A DNA stretch of 64,000 nt from Tubulanus polymorphus (lineage: Eukaryota > Animalia > Nemertea): positions 19,400,950-19,464,949 of the forward strand of contig NC_134029.1 in assembly GCF_964204645.1 (NCBI RefSeq). Reading direction: 5' to 3'. Below the pieces are notes generated by a model. The model had not been told where the DNA came from, made no database searches, and saw only the letters and a list, made by a program, of their open reading frames with translations. Positions 37,954-51,573 of the stretch are shown one piece after another. The translations under genes were made by a program, and so were the position numbers. Positions within the stretch are counted from its first letter, which is position 1. Each line of letters starts with the position of its first letter.

Positions 37954-40900
37954 ATGGATGATAAAGAAAGTCAAGAGGATGAACTAATTGCTTTAGCCAG
38001 CATTTATGATGACGAATCCTTTTGCGTGTCCAAAGATGATGGCGATGCTGCTGGTGGATATTTCTCTGCCTGTTTGGAACTTCCAACTCCATTCTATATA
38101 AAGTTAGATAGCGACCAAGGTAAGCGTAATATTGAAAGTCTCATATGAAGTGAACTAAGATGAAGAATCCTTGGTTTATTTGCTGTTTGGCATGATTTTT
38201 TTCTAATTACAGAAAGTAAGGAAGGCGAAAAATCCGAAATTTCACACGAAGTGCAGTATTTGCCACCGATACAACTGAATTTTCAGTTTCCTGCTGAATA
38301 CCCATCTCGAAGTCCCCCGCAATTTACTCTATCTTGTAAATGGTTGTCCTTGAATCAGGTAACAGGGATACTGTTAACCCTTTCGGTGCGTATACACCGC
38401 AGTGCGGTGTATGAATCGGTGGCGGATTTTGCTAGTACAACGTATTGCGGTGTATTGGTGTAATCAGTAATTAGTTTTTATCTCTATTGAAAGATGGCAG
38501 CACCTGTCAAACATAGTGAAATATTAGTTACTAACGATACACCATGTCGCTGTGTAGACGCACTATAGTGGTATTCCCGTTATTCAACACACTAGGGCGG
38601 AATTTTTCAAAATTTTTAAATTATCTCCAGCACAATAGGGTATTGATTAGTCAGAACTGAAAGGGTCTTAAGCAGAGTATACTATGCATATGAATGTGAT
38701 TGAATCTCTATAGCTTGTGGGTAGTAGCACTTGAATTCCTGCAGGCAAGATACAATACAAAGCCTATGAAACTTAACTTGCTGGTATTGCTCCAATTCTG
38801 TGAATGGTAAAATGATTATTAAGGCCGTTCATAAGAAATAGTTCTTATGTTATTTAGATTCAAACATCATTTAGAAAAATAAATCTATATATTTATATTA
38901 TCAACTGCGGGTTTCACGCATTAATTATCCTCCCAATGCTGGAACTCGATTCTGATGGTTTCTAGTTGACCCCCCAGTCATTTTCAGATAAATAGAACAG
39001 AGCAGCCTTCTTATAAAGGACTCTGATCTCGAATACAACTATTTATCGGATATAACAAATATAGAATTTCATCCCAACGAAGATGATTTGATTAATTCCA
39101 TACTGGATATTACTAACTATCGGTTATAACGAACATATTCCAGTGTATACAAAATTCAATCTTGTGTCGTTTCAGTTGACGAAACTTTGCCAGAAACTGG
39201 ACGAGATCTGGGACGAGAACAAAGGTGAAGTGATATTATTCCTGTGGACGAATCTCCTGAAAAACGAATCGATCGAAATATTGGATATAACGAGTCCGCT
39301 GAATCTGAACAACGCGTGCGACAAAACTCGAAAAAACTCTCGGGATAAAACGAACTCGACGACTAGCGGCATCGCGAATGCCGACGAGATCATACCCGAT
39401 AGTCGCGCGATTCAGGATATCGGTTGCCACGCGTATCTTTTACCGACGATCTTGGAATACAATAAACAGCGACGGCGCGCGGTCTTCGATAAGACGTTGT
39501 TCACGTGCGACGTTTGTTTCGCCGAGAAGTTCGGTTCGCTGTGTCTGCAGTTTGCCGACTGCGAACACGTTTTCTGCGATGACTGCATGAAGGGATTCTT
39601 CGAAGTTCAGATCAACGAAGGAAACGTGAAAGCGCTGACGTGTCCACATGATAAATGTGAAACCCAGGCGCTTCCATGGCAGGTGCGTATCCGGACGTTT
39701 TCGAATGTTTTCGCTCTGCTTCCTTTTTGTCAACCTCAATAATAAAGAAACCTATGCATTCCTGATTAGACTTAAGAAAATGATGATACCTCAATTTTCC
39801 TAATCGTCTGGGTCATTTTGTGAACTGCTATAAAATTTGTAATCATTTCCATGCAATTAAATGTGCTTGCAACTCCTTTATTAACCCACTTGGGACTTAA
39901 AGTCCCAGCGGGCTATTGCGTTCACTTTTCGTCCGTCCGTCCGTAGACGGAATCCAGTTGTTTTGGGAAGTTTTGAAGACGCTTCAGTGTAATGTCTTGA
40001 TATTTGGGTTACACATGTATCTACCCTAGACACATCTTCAGCCCAAAAACTGGCTTGATTTTTCGTATATATTCGAATCCCTCAAGGGCCCATCAGCATA
40101 AGAAAATTTTCAAGGACTCCACATTATTTTGATACCTAAGCATATTGTGTTACCATAATCAATTGGAAAGTTGTAGCCCATAGCATGTTATATGATTTTG
40201 GTGAGTTTCAAGGTCATTGGTTTTTGTATATGGCCACCCGGGGCGTTGAATAATACAATTACTTAGTATTTCTATATTATATTTGTACCTATGCATATTT
40301 TGTTACCACAATTAATTGCAAAGTTGTAGCTCATGACATCGTCTATGATTGTGGTGAGTTTTAAGGACATAATCAATTACAAATCGTAGCTGCTGACATG
40401 TTCTATGAATGTGGTGGGTTTCAAGGTCATTGGTTTTTGTATATGGTCACCAGGGGGTGTGGAGTATTGAAAATGTTAGATTGTTGAGCATTTGAAACCA
40501 CTTCCCAAGACAGTGGGCATGGTGTCCCTGGACGCCTAGTTTTTAGCTAAGTGCCCAGGACCCAGTTCCACAGTTCTGTGTCAAGATATGACTTAAAGAG
40601 TTAACTAGTTGAAAAAGAACTAATTTTAACTCATAGTTAACTCACATCTGAGGAACTGGAGCCAGAACTCCTTAAAACTTCAATTTTGAGAAATGGGCAA
40701 TTAGAAATTTTTGTCTTCTTTCAAGTTGTACAGTGGACAACCCCTAATCGATACAGTTGGAACCGACCTGGATGATTTCACCCTTATATCCAGGAATACT
40801 GATCTGTAGGGACCTCGAATGATGACAGAATCATTAATCTTTGAGGATATTCTTTTGTAGGTGAAACGACTGGTGAGCCCGGAACTATTTCAAAAGTACG

Positions 40901-42600
40901 ATCGTCTGCTGTTACAAGTCAGTCTCGATACGATGACAGATATCGTCTATTGTCCGCGACCGGCATGTCAGTCAGCTGTCATATTAGACCCCGGTAGTAA
41001 CATGGGCTGTTGTGCTGCGTGTAACTACGTGTTCTGTACGCTGTGTCAGTTGACATATCATGGTGTCTCGCCTTGTCGAGTAAAACGAAGTAGGTATTTC
41101 TACGAAATATATGAATGACCACGCAGTTCATTTTCATTCGAAAGATCATTGCAAAAACAATGATTACATGTACATGTTTTAAGGAACCTTCTTACAATGA
41201 ACTCCAGGGGACCAGAAAGATCTGTTCGTTTTAACGGATAGTTTGTTATATCCAAAATGAAACTTTGAAAATTGTTCTATTTGGGATGAAAGGTTTATGA
41301 TATAACCGAAGAATCCTTATGTCTGAGGGGTTTTAATGAAGTTCCACTGTATGATAAAAATCTAAGAAGAATATTGCGAAATTTGAGTTCCATTAGACTT
41401 GATTCTAAACTCGGTATATTTTCAACTTAGCCGTTGAAATAGATTTTTTTGGTCCACAAATGTCAGCATTTAATAGCCAGCAAGAATAGCCAGTTATTGA
41501 TGATCTGATTTAATGTTTTGATGATTGGCAAATGATCTTTTCTTACTAAACACTAAATAGAGAAGTTTTGCTTCGGTGTGATGATTCTGATCTTTTTCAT
41601 TTTCAGATCAGCTGAAAAAGTTGAGGGATGAATATTTGAACGCTGACTCGGCGGGAAAGCTATTCCTCGAAAAACGTTACGGCAAACGCGCTATCGAAAC
41701 GGCCATGGAAGAAATATTCAGTCAAGAGTGGTTGGAAGAATTCAGTAAACAATGCCCGGAATGTGGAACTTATATTCAGGTACTTGAACATACATTCTCT
41801 TTGCAGATACAGTAGAATCGGCATAATTCGGATTATTTGGGACCAATGAAATTCACCCAGCTTACGGGAAATCAGGATTAAAATTCATGTTCTTGTATGA
41901 ACAAATAAAATGGACTGCAAATATTGTCCAAATGTTCAGTACCCTCACCATTAGCGTTGAGCAATCAGTAAACTTTCTAGACTGGTTGCCGGTTTCTATT
42001 CTTAATAAGACTTAAAACTTTGAAATCTTGAAAGACGCTATTCTCAATGCTCACGAAGAAAATATTATTGAAAATATTACCTAGAATCTGGTGAGGGAGC
42101 GGATTATTAGGGGTGCCCAGCGGATTTTTTTAGGAGTCAGCCTGCCTTTAGTTGACATTTCTATGACTAATGTACTTGTGCTATTCAAGTCATAACCCAA
42201 CCAACCATAGATAATTTTCGACATTCAAGGGGTCAGTTGCTCAAAAGTTCATTACAGATAACCGCCATAGATAGATGCCATAGTAACAATGAACTTTTTA
42301 TTGTCACTATGTCAATTATCCACTAACTCTTAAACAACTTTCGAACAACTGGCCCCAAGATTTCATTGGCTGTACCATTTATATTTCCAGAAAATCGATG
42401 GATGCAATAAGATGACGTGCATTAAATGTCGTGGATATTTCTGTTGGATTTGCAGTCGGCTGCTATCGCGGAGTACGCCGTACAATCACTATCAGGATCA
42501 ATCGAGTGAATGTTTCAATCGTCTGTTCGAGGGAATGGACCTCGATAATGACGATGACGATGATGATTTTGGTGGGGATAACTGGCGCGGCGGCTGGTAG
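37954..42600 (+). CDS. RNF14: E3 ubiquitin ligase RNF14 (ARA54): RWD + RING1-IBR-RING2
   Basis: Exons 37954-38119, 38213-38358, 39176-39682, 40861-41089, 41607-41779 and 42391-42600. RWD: EDELIALASIY and YLPPIQLNFQFPAEYPS. RING1: CDVCF...CEHVFCDDC. IBR: YCPRPAC. RING2: CPECGTYIQKIDGCNKMTC. Confidence 0.95.
38378..38665. mobile_element. ~285 bp piggyBac-type MITE (family A) in an RNF14 intron
   Basis: TTAA then CCCTTTC...GAAAGGG termini. It is the reverse complement of the copies at 56467 and 58742. Confidence 0.85.
39879..40544 (+). mobile_element. Helentron-associated non-autonomous element (HINE/DINE-1-like)
   Basis: T-rich start, 5' hairpin GGGACTT-AAGTCCC, GTCC microsatellite, internal imperfect tandem repeats, subterminal inverted repeat CCCACT/AGTGGG, and 3' hairpin GGTGTCC-CT-GGACGCC followed by TAGTTTT. 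Confidence 0.8.
40556..40665. mobile_element. MITE family B copy
   Basis: CAGGACCCAGTTCCACAGTT...GGAACTGGAGCCAG. Confidence 0.7.
42228..42356. mobile_element. ~130 bp MITE
   Basis: Inverted termini GGGGTCAGTTGCTCAAAAGTT / AACTTTCGAACAACTGGCCCC. The interior resembles 59491-59645 in reverse. Confidence 0.65.
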
Positions 42601-43197
42601 AAATCGAGTGTCGTGAACGAAGAATGTTATTTAATGCAATGTTTCGGTTCAATTTTAAATTCGTTGACTAAATGTATTTATTTATGATCTATGTTGTGTG
42701 CGTATGTTTCTTGTATTAGTCATTGGTACACATGTCTTATTATTTGATAATAAAATCGACGTTGATTAGTAAGTTATTGGTCATAAGTTTTCTAGAGTTT
42801 TTGGCGAACCGTAGGTTTGCCTATGCAAACGGTCTGATGAAGCAGTTTTCATTGAAAATGAATAGAGTACCGGTGTGTCAATAAGGCACAAACATTGGCT
42901 GTTGAACCGATTGTGTTTATTTTTGGTTTCATGGTTTGGCTCAATGAGTTCTCGAGCCCACAAAAATTTCATAGTGATCGAGTTATTTTTTGGGGACTTA
43001 TTCTTGAAAAACACGCAAAAACCCTGCTTTTTAGCACTTAGTAATGGCACGTTTTTATATATGACAATTTGCATGCTTGGAATTGAAATATATAAAAGTT
43101 CAATCTACGGCCCTCACTTTATAAACCCCCTAAATTTCCTCGCTTCTATTTATTTGAGTTGACCTTGTAACCTGAGGTACAATGAATGTGATTGGCT

Positions 43198-43326
43198 AAT
43201 AAGATAAAATCCCACTATTTACAGATTAAAAGAATTTAAAAACCAGAATTTATTTATTCAATCAAAAATATATAAAAGACACGACGTTTCGATCTCGCCC
43301 TAGAGATCATCGTCAGGTGTGTCACA
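43198..43326 (-). mobile_element. Penelope-like element terminus with a minimal hammerhead ribozyme motif
   Basis: The minus strand reads ACAC-CTGACGA-T-GATCTC-TAGGGC-GAGATC-GAAA-CGTC-GTGT, followed by a T-rich tail with AATAAA. Confidence 0.8.
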
Positions 43327-43717
43327 CCATGGAACTATAACGGAACCAACTGACCAACCAGTTTATTTAGTACCATTACGCACCAACCGGCACAGGCCTA
43401 ACACTGTTCGTCAACTGTGTGTACCGTAGTAGGCTATCGATAATCACCTGATACTTTTCTGTCGTTTGTTTTCTGAGCTCAGACCACTATACCAAAATCT
43501 TCTATATCCTATAGTAAAAACAAGAAATTCGGGAGTTTAGTTCATATATAAGCGCGTAAATTCAGGGGAAATCCTGCTTATGGCTCATAGGCCAGCATCT
43601 TAGCTACGCATCGAAGTGGTTTTCGCCCCACATACCCAACCTAACTTTTAAGATAATCAAACCTTTAGAAAGGAGGGGTATCCCAGTACAGGTATGCCAG
43701 TACATCCGTATACCGTA

Positions 43718-44273
43718 AACTTTGGCATAGGCCCTAATTTTAGTGATATGCTTCAGAAGTCCGTATCCACAGCTGACGAATATGTTCTGTTGTTTGACGA
43801 ATCACTGAATAAAGTCACACAAACAAAGCAAATGGATGTATGGATTCGTTATTCGTAAGTTGTAATTGATACACGTTTTTATGGAGCTCAATTTCTTGGG
43901 CATGGTGATGCGAACAGATTATTAAAAGAATTCAAAACAAACATCAACAAACTTGACATGAAGAAAATGGTACAAATTTCAATGGATGGACCGAACGTTA
44001 ATTTGAAATTTGAAAGAAAAACAATCCGTTGCGTCATTGAAACGACAAAGACTTGAAGATGAGTTATTCGAATTCGCATCGAAAAAGAGACGCCTCGAAA
44101 CGGTGTTCTGGTACACCACCGAACAACCCCAAGCTGAGGAGAAAGGAGCGCTTTCCCTTCTTACGCAATCGAATACATTACGACGACGTGCAAAAGACAA
44201 AGGCAGTGAACTGTCTGTTGTGGAAGAAGAAATTAAAAATCTAAAGAACACAATTTCACAGATTTGTGCATAG
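43718..44273 (+). pseudogene. Internally deleted DNA transposase remnant (hAT-like RNase H fold)
   Basis: NFGIGP...YVLLFDESLNKVTQTKQMDVWIRYS*...FLGHGDA...QISMDGPNVNLKF has an in-frame stop and is fused directly to a C-terminal coiled coil. CCCCTAAA subterminal repeats follow at 44423-44475. Confidence 0.75.
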
Positions 44274-47098
44274 ACATTCTAATCGTGAGGAATATCATTG
44301 TAACTTTTGTGTATCTGAACACAGTGCGGAATAAATATGGGTTTTGTTAATACATATGGTTATATGCTTTTGATTTTTGTTGTTAGTTTCAGTAGGAAAA
44401 AAGTGTCGATAATTATAATTGGCCCCTAAATTTTAGGTTAACATCCCCTAAAAAACCCCTAAAAAACCCCTAAAATTTTGGAAAGACCTATGTCCGAGCC
44501 AAATATCTAAGGGAATCCCCCACCAGGTTTGGTACCCTTACCCCAAGCAAAAAAGTCCAGGGAATCCCTTATTTCATCATCGATCTGTCTCTCAGGATCA
44601 ATGGATTTCATACATATAACCGAAATTCGTTACCTATCCCTTTGCAGAAATTATGGCAACATTTATGGGGGACCTTTTCTTCACTCTAGGTACTATTTTT
44701 GGGGTCCGGCCCTACGCATCTTCGAGCTACTAACCTAATTGTGGTCTGGCAGGCATTGATTGAAAATAAACCCCTGGTGAAATACATGCGTGTTTCTATT
44801 TTTTGTAGCGTGCTACTACTGCTATGATCCATAATTCATGTACATATCGAGGAATTTTTCTCAATGGCCCTTATATTGACCTTTTTCACTGAAGTGCAAT
44901 GTTTTTTTTCATATACATATATGAATACATTTTCCTATACATAAAACGCACAAAATGTCCCCGGAAATAATAACCCAATTTGTTAGTTGGGAAAATGTTC
45001 CAGTTTTACTAACTTGATAATTCAGTTTAGATTTCACGCCGAACATTAGACGCACCGTCATCTTATCTAGGCATAGGTTTCATTGCTCATCTTGGTTCAA
45101 TAAGTGATTTAGTTGTTTTTAGGACCCAAATGTCCTCATGTCCTCTTACAGTAGTTGATTTCAGCACCCGCTGAATTCAACTTTCAGGTCAAGAAAACGA
45201 CTTTTGCTTAAAAAAAGTGAAATTAGAATATTCCGGAGTAATGTCCCAGATGATGCAATCACATTGTTCTAAGTTAGTATATCTTAATACAGTGTACCAC
45301 TTTGGCAAATATTTTCTGACTGAAAAGACGATTTCAGAGGGTGCTAAAACTATACCAAGGTAAGCCTATATTGTTTTACGACGTGCATAAATCAATTTCT
45401 AGGTTCCGAAAACAACTAAAAGTTGTATCGGTGGAGGGCTCGTTGAGGGATTTTGGGCAGAGGTATTTTCAACGGGATAGATTTCGTTTTCTCAAGCATA
45501 TTTTTCAAATTTCATCAAGATATTTCGTAAGTTAAATTATTACTAAAGACAGCTTGCGCATTTATATATCACATTACTCTATTCCCCAATTTACTCAAAA
45601 AATTACTCTACATTGTCCACTATAATACCGTATATCGGACTTGGGCCGGATAATTAAATCAACAATTCGTCTTATTTATTCATAAAGTTGAATGTTTATC
45701 AAGGTTTCTTAACGTATCTAAATATTCTAATGATGTTATTTCATTTTTTGAATAATAAAATCTATTTCAAATTCTGTGATTGTGTTGTACGTTTTGAGTC
45801 TTGTTGTTCTTCCGGGACTGCACGGATATAAGTGCAAGTTAGGGATTCCCTAACTACTAGTGTGCTTCATGCAGTTGAACCCCCTAATACGATTCTGTTA
45901 AAGGTGAAACCCGTTTATTACGACGATTTCCAGTCGCAGCTAAGATATTCATATCAATCAAGATTTGGATAATACGAAACCCGTTTGATACAACAGTTTC
46001 GCTTTTGCCCACAAGATTCGTAATAAGCCGACCCCGTCTCCGAGTGCTGTACCGAAATGAATCAAAAGAACGAATCTAATCAAATCAAACTTTTTTTGAC
46101 CCGTAATGCAAAGATTTACATTCTGGAATGAGCCCAATATCTAAAAACAATGACGATAAAACGCAAAACAAAAATTAACGGTTAAATTCGTACACAAATT
46201 TTGCTTGAAATTTGAACCAAGTATGTGGAGCAAATCATAAGAGATGCGATCGTAATTTTCATAATATCCTTATTGATCTTATTACTCAATCACCTAAATT
46301 GTACATTTTTGCAAGAAACTTATTAAAAAATTGCATTTGTCTAATGAATGATTACTTTCATAAGTATTTTTCTAGTGTTTATTTACATGTATATCTATGT
46401 ATGCATATCCTAATTAGTTACTCCGTTATTTCTGTTTTTCATTTCAACAAGTACTTGTATATTGTGTTATTGAATTTGTAATTTTTTCTATCGCGTTATC
46501 AAATCTGTAAATTCTGTTTTGTTCCTCTAATACCTGTAATATTGATCAGATCTGATTCGACCATATCATAGAAATATCGGGTTTCTTTGTAAAGTATGTT
46601 TTCGACAATAAAATGAATAGTGGAGTTCATCTTCTGGAGTTGCATTTAACGATGAACTGAGTTCTCTTGAGGTCCCGTCGTGTGGGGTGACTTTGGCCAC
46701 GCGGGCCGTGCGCTTTTGGTCACAGTCACCCACATATGACGGTACCGGTATAAAAAATAATGTCTGTACGACTGACGAAACTGATGTTTCCATATACATT
46801 TTTCAATACATGTATAAAAAACGTGCATATTATATGGACTAAATCGATATTTATAAAAGTAGGGTAGCAATCAAACATATACTTGAACAGTTCAACGTAT
46901 TCGCTACTCAGCCATGTTTTCAGTTTCAACTCGACACATTTAACGACTAAAAAACGAATTGTATTGAGGCTGCACCCGAGTTCAATACGTACATTCATTA
47001 CAGAAATATGAATCGCGTGTATTCATAATACGTTATTAATAATGATATGCAAAGAGACAATATATTCTACCAGTTCGATCGTCAGGTTTAGTTTCAAT

Positions 47099-47130
47099 CA
47101 TGGACGTATAATCTAGTTTATACGTCCATG
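47099..47130. mobile_element. 32 bp micro-transposon with an 8 bp target-site duplication
   Basis: CATGGACGTATAA-TCTAGT-TTATACGTCCATG, flanked on both sides by GTTTCAAT. Confidence 0.7.
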
Positions 47131-48082
47131 GTTTCAATGTATTTCGTCTATTTGTTCTAGCTTTGGCGCCTGATCTGGGCCATGTATAAAAAAATCAAAC
47201 ACCTAGAAATTTTTTCAGCGAAACCTTTATACATCAGTGTTAATCTGCGCGTAAGAAGACTTTTTTTGAAGCGGAATTTTACGATTTTCCATAAAAACGA
47301 ACGGATTACCAAATTCACGTTGCCTAAAATACTGCACCGGTAGCTAACGGAATATCATTTATTTTAGAATCTGTCTATTTGCGTGTGTTACTCGAGGAGT
47401 AGCCGTTTGAACTGTTTTGAAACTGATGTAGAATATAACCTACGAGCAATCATCTCAACTAGTAGATGTAACATTGTTGCCGTGTCCTGATAAACTGTAA
47501 TCTTGGAGTAATCATTCAAATTATTACTCCAAGCTGCAATCATCAAATGTTTTATGGCTCTCAGCTACCACAGTAGACCATTGTTTAGTCACAGAACGTT
47601 GCAAAGTGTTAGATAATCGAGGTGGGCGTCTGAATTTTCCAAACACGTGGCATATCTTTTCAAATTGCAACTTATTTTCGTTTTATGTATCTGTCTCAAA
47701 TTCAGTTCTAATTCTATCGAAAAAGGTCATAGCGACCCTGGAATCCAGGCACCTGTGACATATTCATACGTCATAACAACCACGCCTTTTATTCGTCCCA
47801 TACGCAGTAACTAGTTGGTCGCTGGCAACCACACGGGAAGGATTAACTGGTAGGTATAACATTCACTGATGTATTTATCGTGGCGCTTGGCGGGCCAATT
47901 CGCAGTATCGTGTTGGAACATTTGTATATGGATCAAAGACTTCTTTGTCTAGTGTTAGATCGTAATGACGTTGATGTTTTTATGGTCGAAATGTCACATA
48001 CACGAAATAATCTCGTCATTGAATCCGATAATATTTCATATGAAAATCTTATTTACTTTAACAGATACTCCACCACATCAAG

Positions 48083-49086
48083 ATGACCTCCACAGATGAC
48101 TTTCAAAAATTTGAAGCATTTTGTAAAAAGTATAATGTGCCGGAAGTAGCAGCAGACCTCAAGGAAGCCTTTATCGTGTTCCGTCAAATTGACAAAAACA
48201 AAGACGGAAGTCTAGACATGAAGGAAATCAAGAAGTTGGGATTAAGCGAAAAATCCAATGAAGTACGTTACGCATAAATGTTTACCATCAACTCAAAATC
48301 GAACTTGCTAACACTGTTAAGGCTATGCAAATATTACTTAACAAAATTACTTTGACTTCCATATAGGACTCATGAATTATCAAATAATATCAGTTTGTGA
48401 AATATTTATTGAATTTTGTGTAAATTTCAATCGAATCACGTCTAGCGACATTACATGTATGCACAAAATGGTTTTGATTGTCGAAATCTGATCGACTTCG
48501 GTTCGACAGCTTCTGTGAAAATTTCAACGAACGTCCTCTGTTTTCAGGAAATCATTGCAAAAGGCGGTCCTGATAGAAAGATTACTCTGGCGGAGCTCAT
48601 CAAGTTTATTTTCTTGTGAGTAGCTAGACCACACAAACTTTAAGCACGCCGCACACGGCATAACAAAAAAAATCGAAAACGTTTTTTTTTCACGAGGAAA
48701 AAATGTTTTTTTTCGGTGCCGTGTGAGGCGGGCTTTACTGATATATTACTGTTGGGAAGGGATTCTACCTTTATTTGAGATACACTGTGGTTATGTCAAT
48801 GTACATAAATAAATTGTTCTTACGATTTAGACCGAACGTAGAAGAAAAATGGCAGAAAATTTTCGATGAATTCAAAACGAACAATACAATCGGGCCAGAT
48901 GAGATGGAGGCATATCTTAAAAAGTGCGGATTTGAAAAGACTAATGTCAAGAGCGCTATTGAAGTCATCGAAACGTACGATACGAATGAAGACAAACGGC
49001 TTTCTTTTAATGAGTTTTTGAAATATATTACGCATGATTTTGACGCTCTCGTTGAAAAATTGTGGGACAGTACCTGTAAGAAATAA
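48083..49086 (+). CDS. Divergent calmodulin-sized EF-hand protein, 3 coding exons, 167 aa
   Basis: Exons 48083-48262, 48548-48615 and 48831-49086 splice in frame. Canonical EF loops are DKNKDGSLDMKE and DTNEDKRLSFNE; the middle two loops are degenerate. AATAAA lies at ~49150. Confidence 0.85.
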
Positions 49087-49747
49087 TTCTAGTTTTACTG
49101 AGTGATAGATATTAGCGAGAAAAACATAATGTAATAGCTCGTTAACTCAAATAAATACAACAGTTATAAATCATTATAATAGCATTGTCTTTATCCCTTA
49201 GAAAGTTTTTATACGATAGCTTAGGTGACAGCGGGGATTTCGTTCTCGGCCCGCGCCTTTTCAAAGCCCATCAAACAGTGTTAACTAAACGCAGTTCAGT
49301 AAAAAAATAGATCTGTTTCGATTACACAGTGGACGTATAACACGTATAAGGGGCTGTATATAAAAGACGTTCAAGACGACGTTGTGGACTTTTGTGGACA
49401 AGGTGGAGGGATGTGGACATCATTGTTCCCTGCTTGATTCCTGTAAGCCAAGAACAAATCATTTAGTGCATCATCGGTACAGTTCACACACTACACCAAT
49501 TACAATTATTGACCTTCACTTAATACTAGATGAGGAAATACATGATCATTCCGTTATAGTTCTATTCTCACTACGTCGCGCTGCGGACATGCGAAAGAAA
49601 TCAGTTTGGCTTTGGTCTTCCTCGCTGTCGGACGTGCTTTTACTGTTGTGGTGGTTCACAGTTTGGCATTGTTCGGTATGTGACCGTGTTTACTTATGTT
49701 GAACTGTGTGGCTTCCTTTTTGCAGTTCGGAGCCTGTCGTCCGGGGT

Positions 49748-51506
49748 ATAAAGAAGTTTCCAGTTTCTAGGCGCCATTTTGTGGCGGTCCCTCGAGGTCC
49801 CTATTGTTGCGATAATTTGCGCTCATTTTTAAAACATAAGTTTAGATTGAATATCATATAGTTCTGCAGTCCCTTGCTCGACGAAATCAATTTATACACC
49901 ATTTTAAAGGAAATTAAATGCAGATATTTGCTGGCGATTCTTGGAATTTTTGAACGCAACAATTGAGAACAGTGAAGATGTGAAACCAAGGACCGCATAT
50001 CTTAACCGTGCGTAAAAGAAATCGCAATATTTATTAGTTTTAAAATATCTAAGTATCTCTTAAAGCTATATTTCCAATTTTCACAGAGGTTAAAGAGGGT
50101 TATTTGCAGTTTAAGCCTGCGTTGAATTTTTTTGAATATCTTTCCTGACGACTGATCTGTACCCGCTTGAGTTTGAGATTACGCGCAAAAGGGGTCTCCC
50201 ACTGCGCACCGCCATTTCACTGAACATTGAGATTTGTGAAAAGAAATCGCAAAAATAAGATTTTATACTGGTTTGTAATTACTAATATTGCTTCTGATGG
50301 TTAAATGTTACCTTTATTTTCGTATGGTTGAAAATGGACTTTGAGTGCTTTGATGAATTCGAGTTTTGTAGCGTTGGGAAATTAAAGGATTTCTTGTAAG
50401 AGTGGGGACTTTCTGTGTTGGTTGGAAATGTGGCCTAGTTGAGAACCTAATTTGCGTTTCAACCGAATGTACCACTCATGGTTGGACACTAGAAAAAAAA
50501 TCTAAGTTTTTATATATTTTTGAATATGCGGCGCAGCTGAAAGTTGCCAAACTGGACGTTGACCCCCTAAAACAGAATATCAAATGGGGGACAGATATGA
50601 ACCCCTTTAAATATTATATTGGAATTTTATATCAGTTAGGTTTTCTGGTCGATGTTTTCCAGCAAGAAGGTTGAGATTCTTTAAATAAATTCATCGTATG
50701 ATCCCAGAATGAGGGATTACCAGAGAGAGATATGTGTTAAATATGTCCTAAGCGTTTAAATTGACTGGCACATTTCACCATCGACTCTAAAACCTTTGAT
50801 TTCACCGAACACAAAATCGGCGCTAGGCTGGACGGGCTGTATACGACAATTCCTCAACTGGGCCGTTCACACTTCAATAGCGGGACAAACCGGATCCCGA
50901 AACCAGATTAACGAATTGCCCCCGCCGAAATACGGTACAAACAAGATATGGATTATCATCTAAATATCTCCATGGAAAATGTGAAGAAATCAAATTGCAT
51001 TTAAAAATTTCTTGTCGCAAATCTCAATGTTCAGTGAAATTGCAATGCGCAGTGGGAGACCCCTTTTGCGCGTAATCTCAAACTCAAGCGGGTACAGACC
51101 AGTCGTCAGGTAAGATATTCAAAAGATTTTAACGCAGGCTTAAACTACAAATAACCCTCTTTAAACTCAGTGAAAATAGGAAATATAGCTTGAAGAGATA
51201 CTTAGATATTTCAAAATTAATGAATATCGCGATTTCATTTACGCGCGGTTAAGATATGTGGTCCTTGGTTTCATATCGTTACTGTTCTCAATTGTTGCGT
51301 TCAAAAATTCCAAGAATTACCAACAAATATCTGCATTTCATTTCCTTTAAAATGGTGTATAAATTAAGTTAATCGAGTAAGGGACTGCAGAACTACATGA
51401 TATTCAATCTAAACTTATGTTTTAAAAATGAGCGCAAATTATCGCAACAATGGGGACCTCGCGGGATTGCCACAAAATGGCGCCTAGAAACTGGAAACTT
51501 CTTTAT
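49748..51506. mobile_element. 1.76 kb foldback-type DNA element with ~500 bp inverted arms
   Basis: 49748-50247 is the reverse complement of 51007-51506 with scattered mismatches. The spacer holds a decayed SAP-like coding stretch. Confidence 0.85.
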
Positions 51507-51573
51507 TCCACTGTGTGTGGAATAGGGGATAGTCCACTGTGTGTGGATAGCCAATGTGTTTGGACTTTGAGAA

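Noticed and set aside
46646-46760. Possible THAP-domain remnant (MWVTVTKSARPAWPK) on the minus strand
   Set aside because: The diagnostic C2CH residues are not visible, so the similarity is too weak to call.
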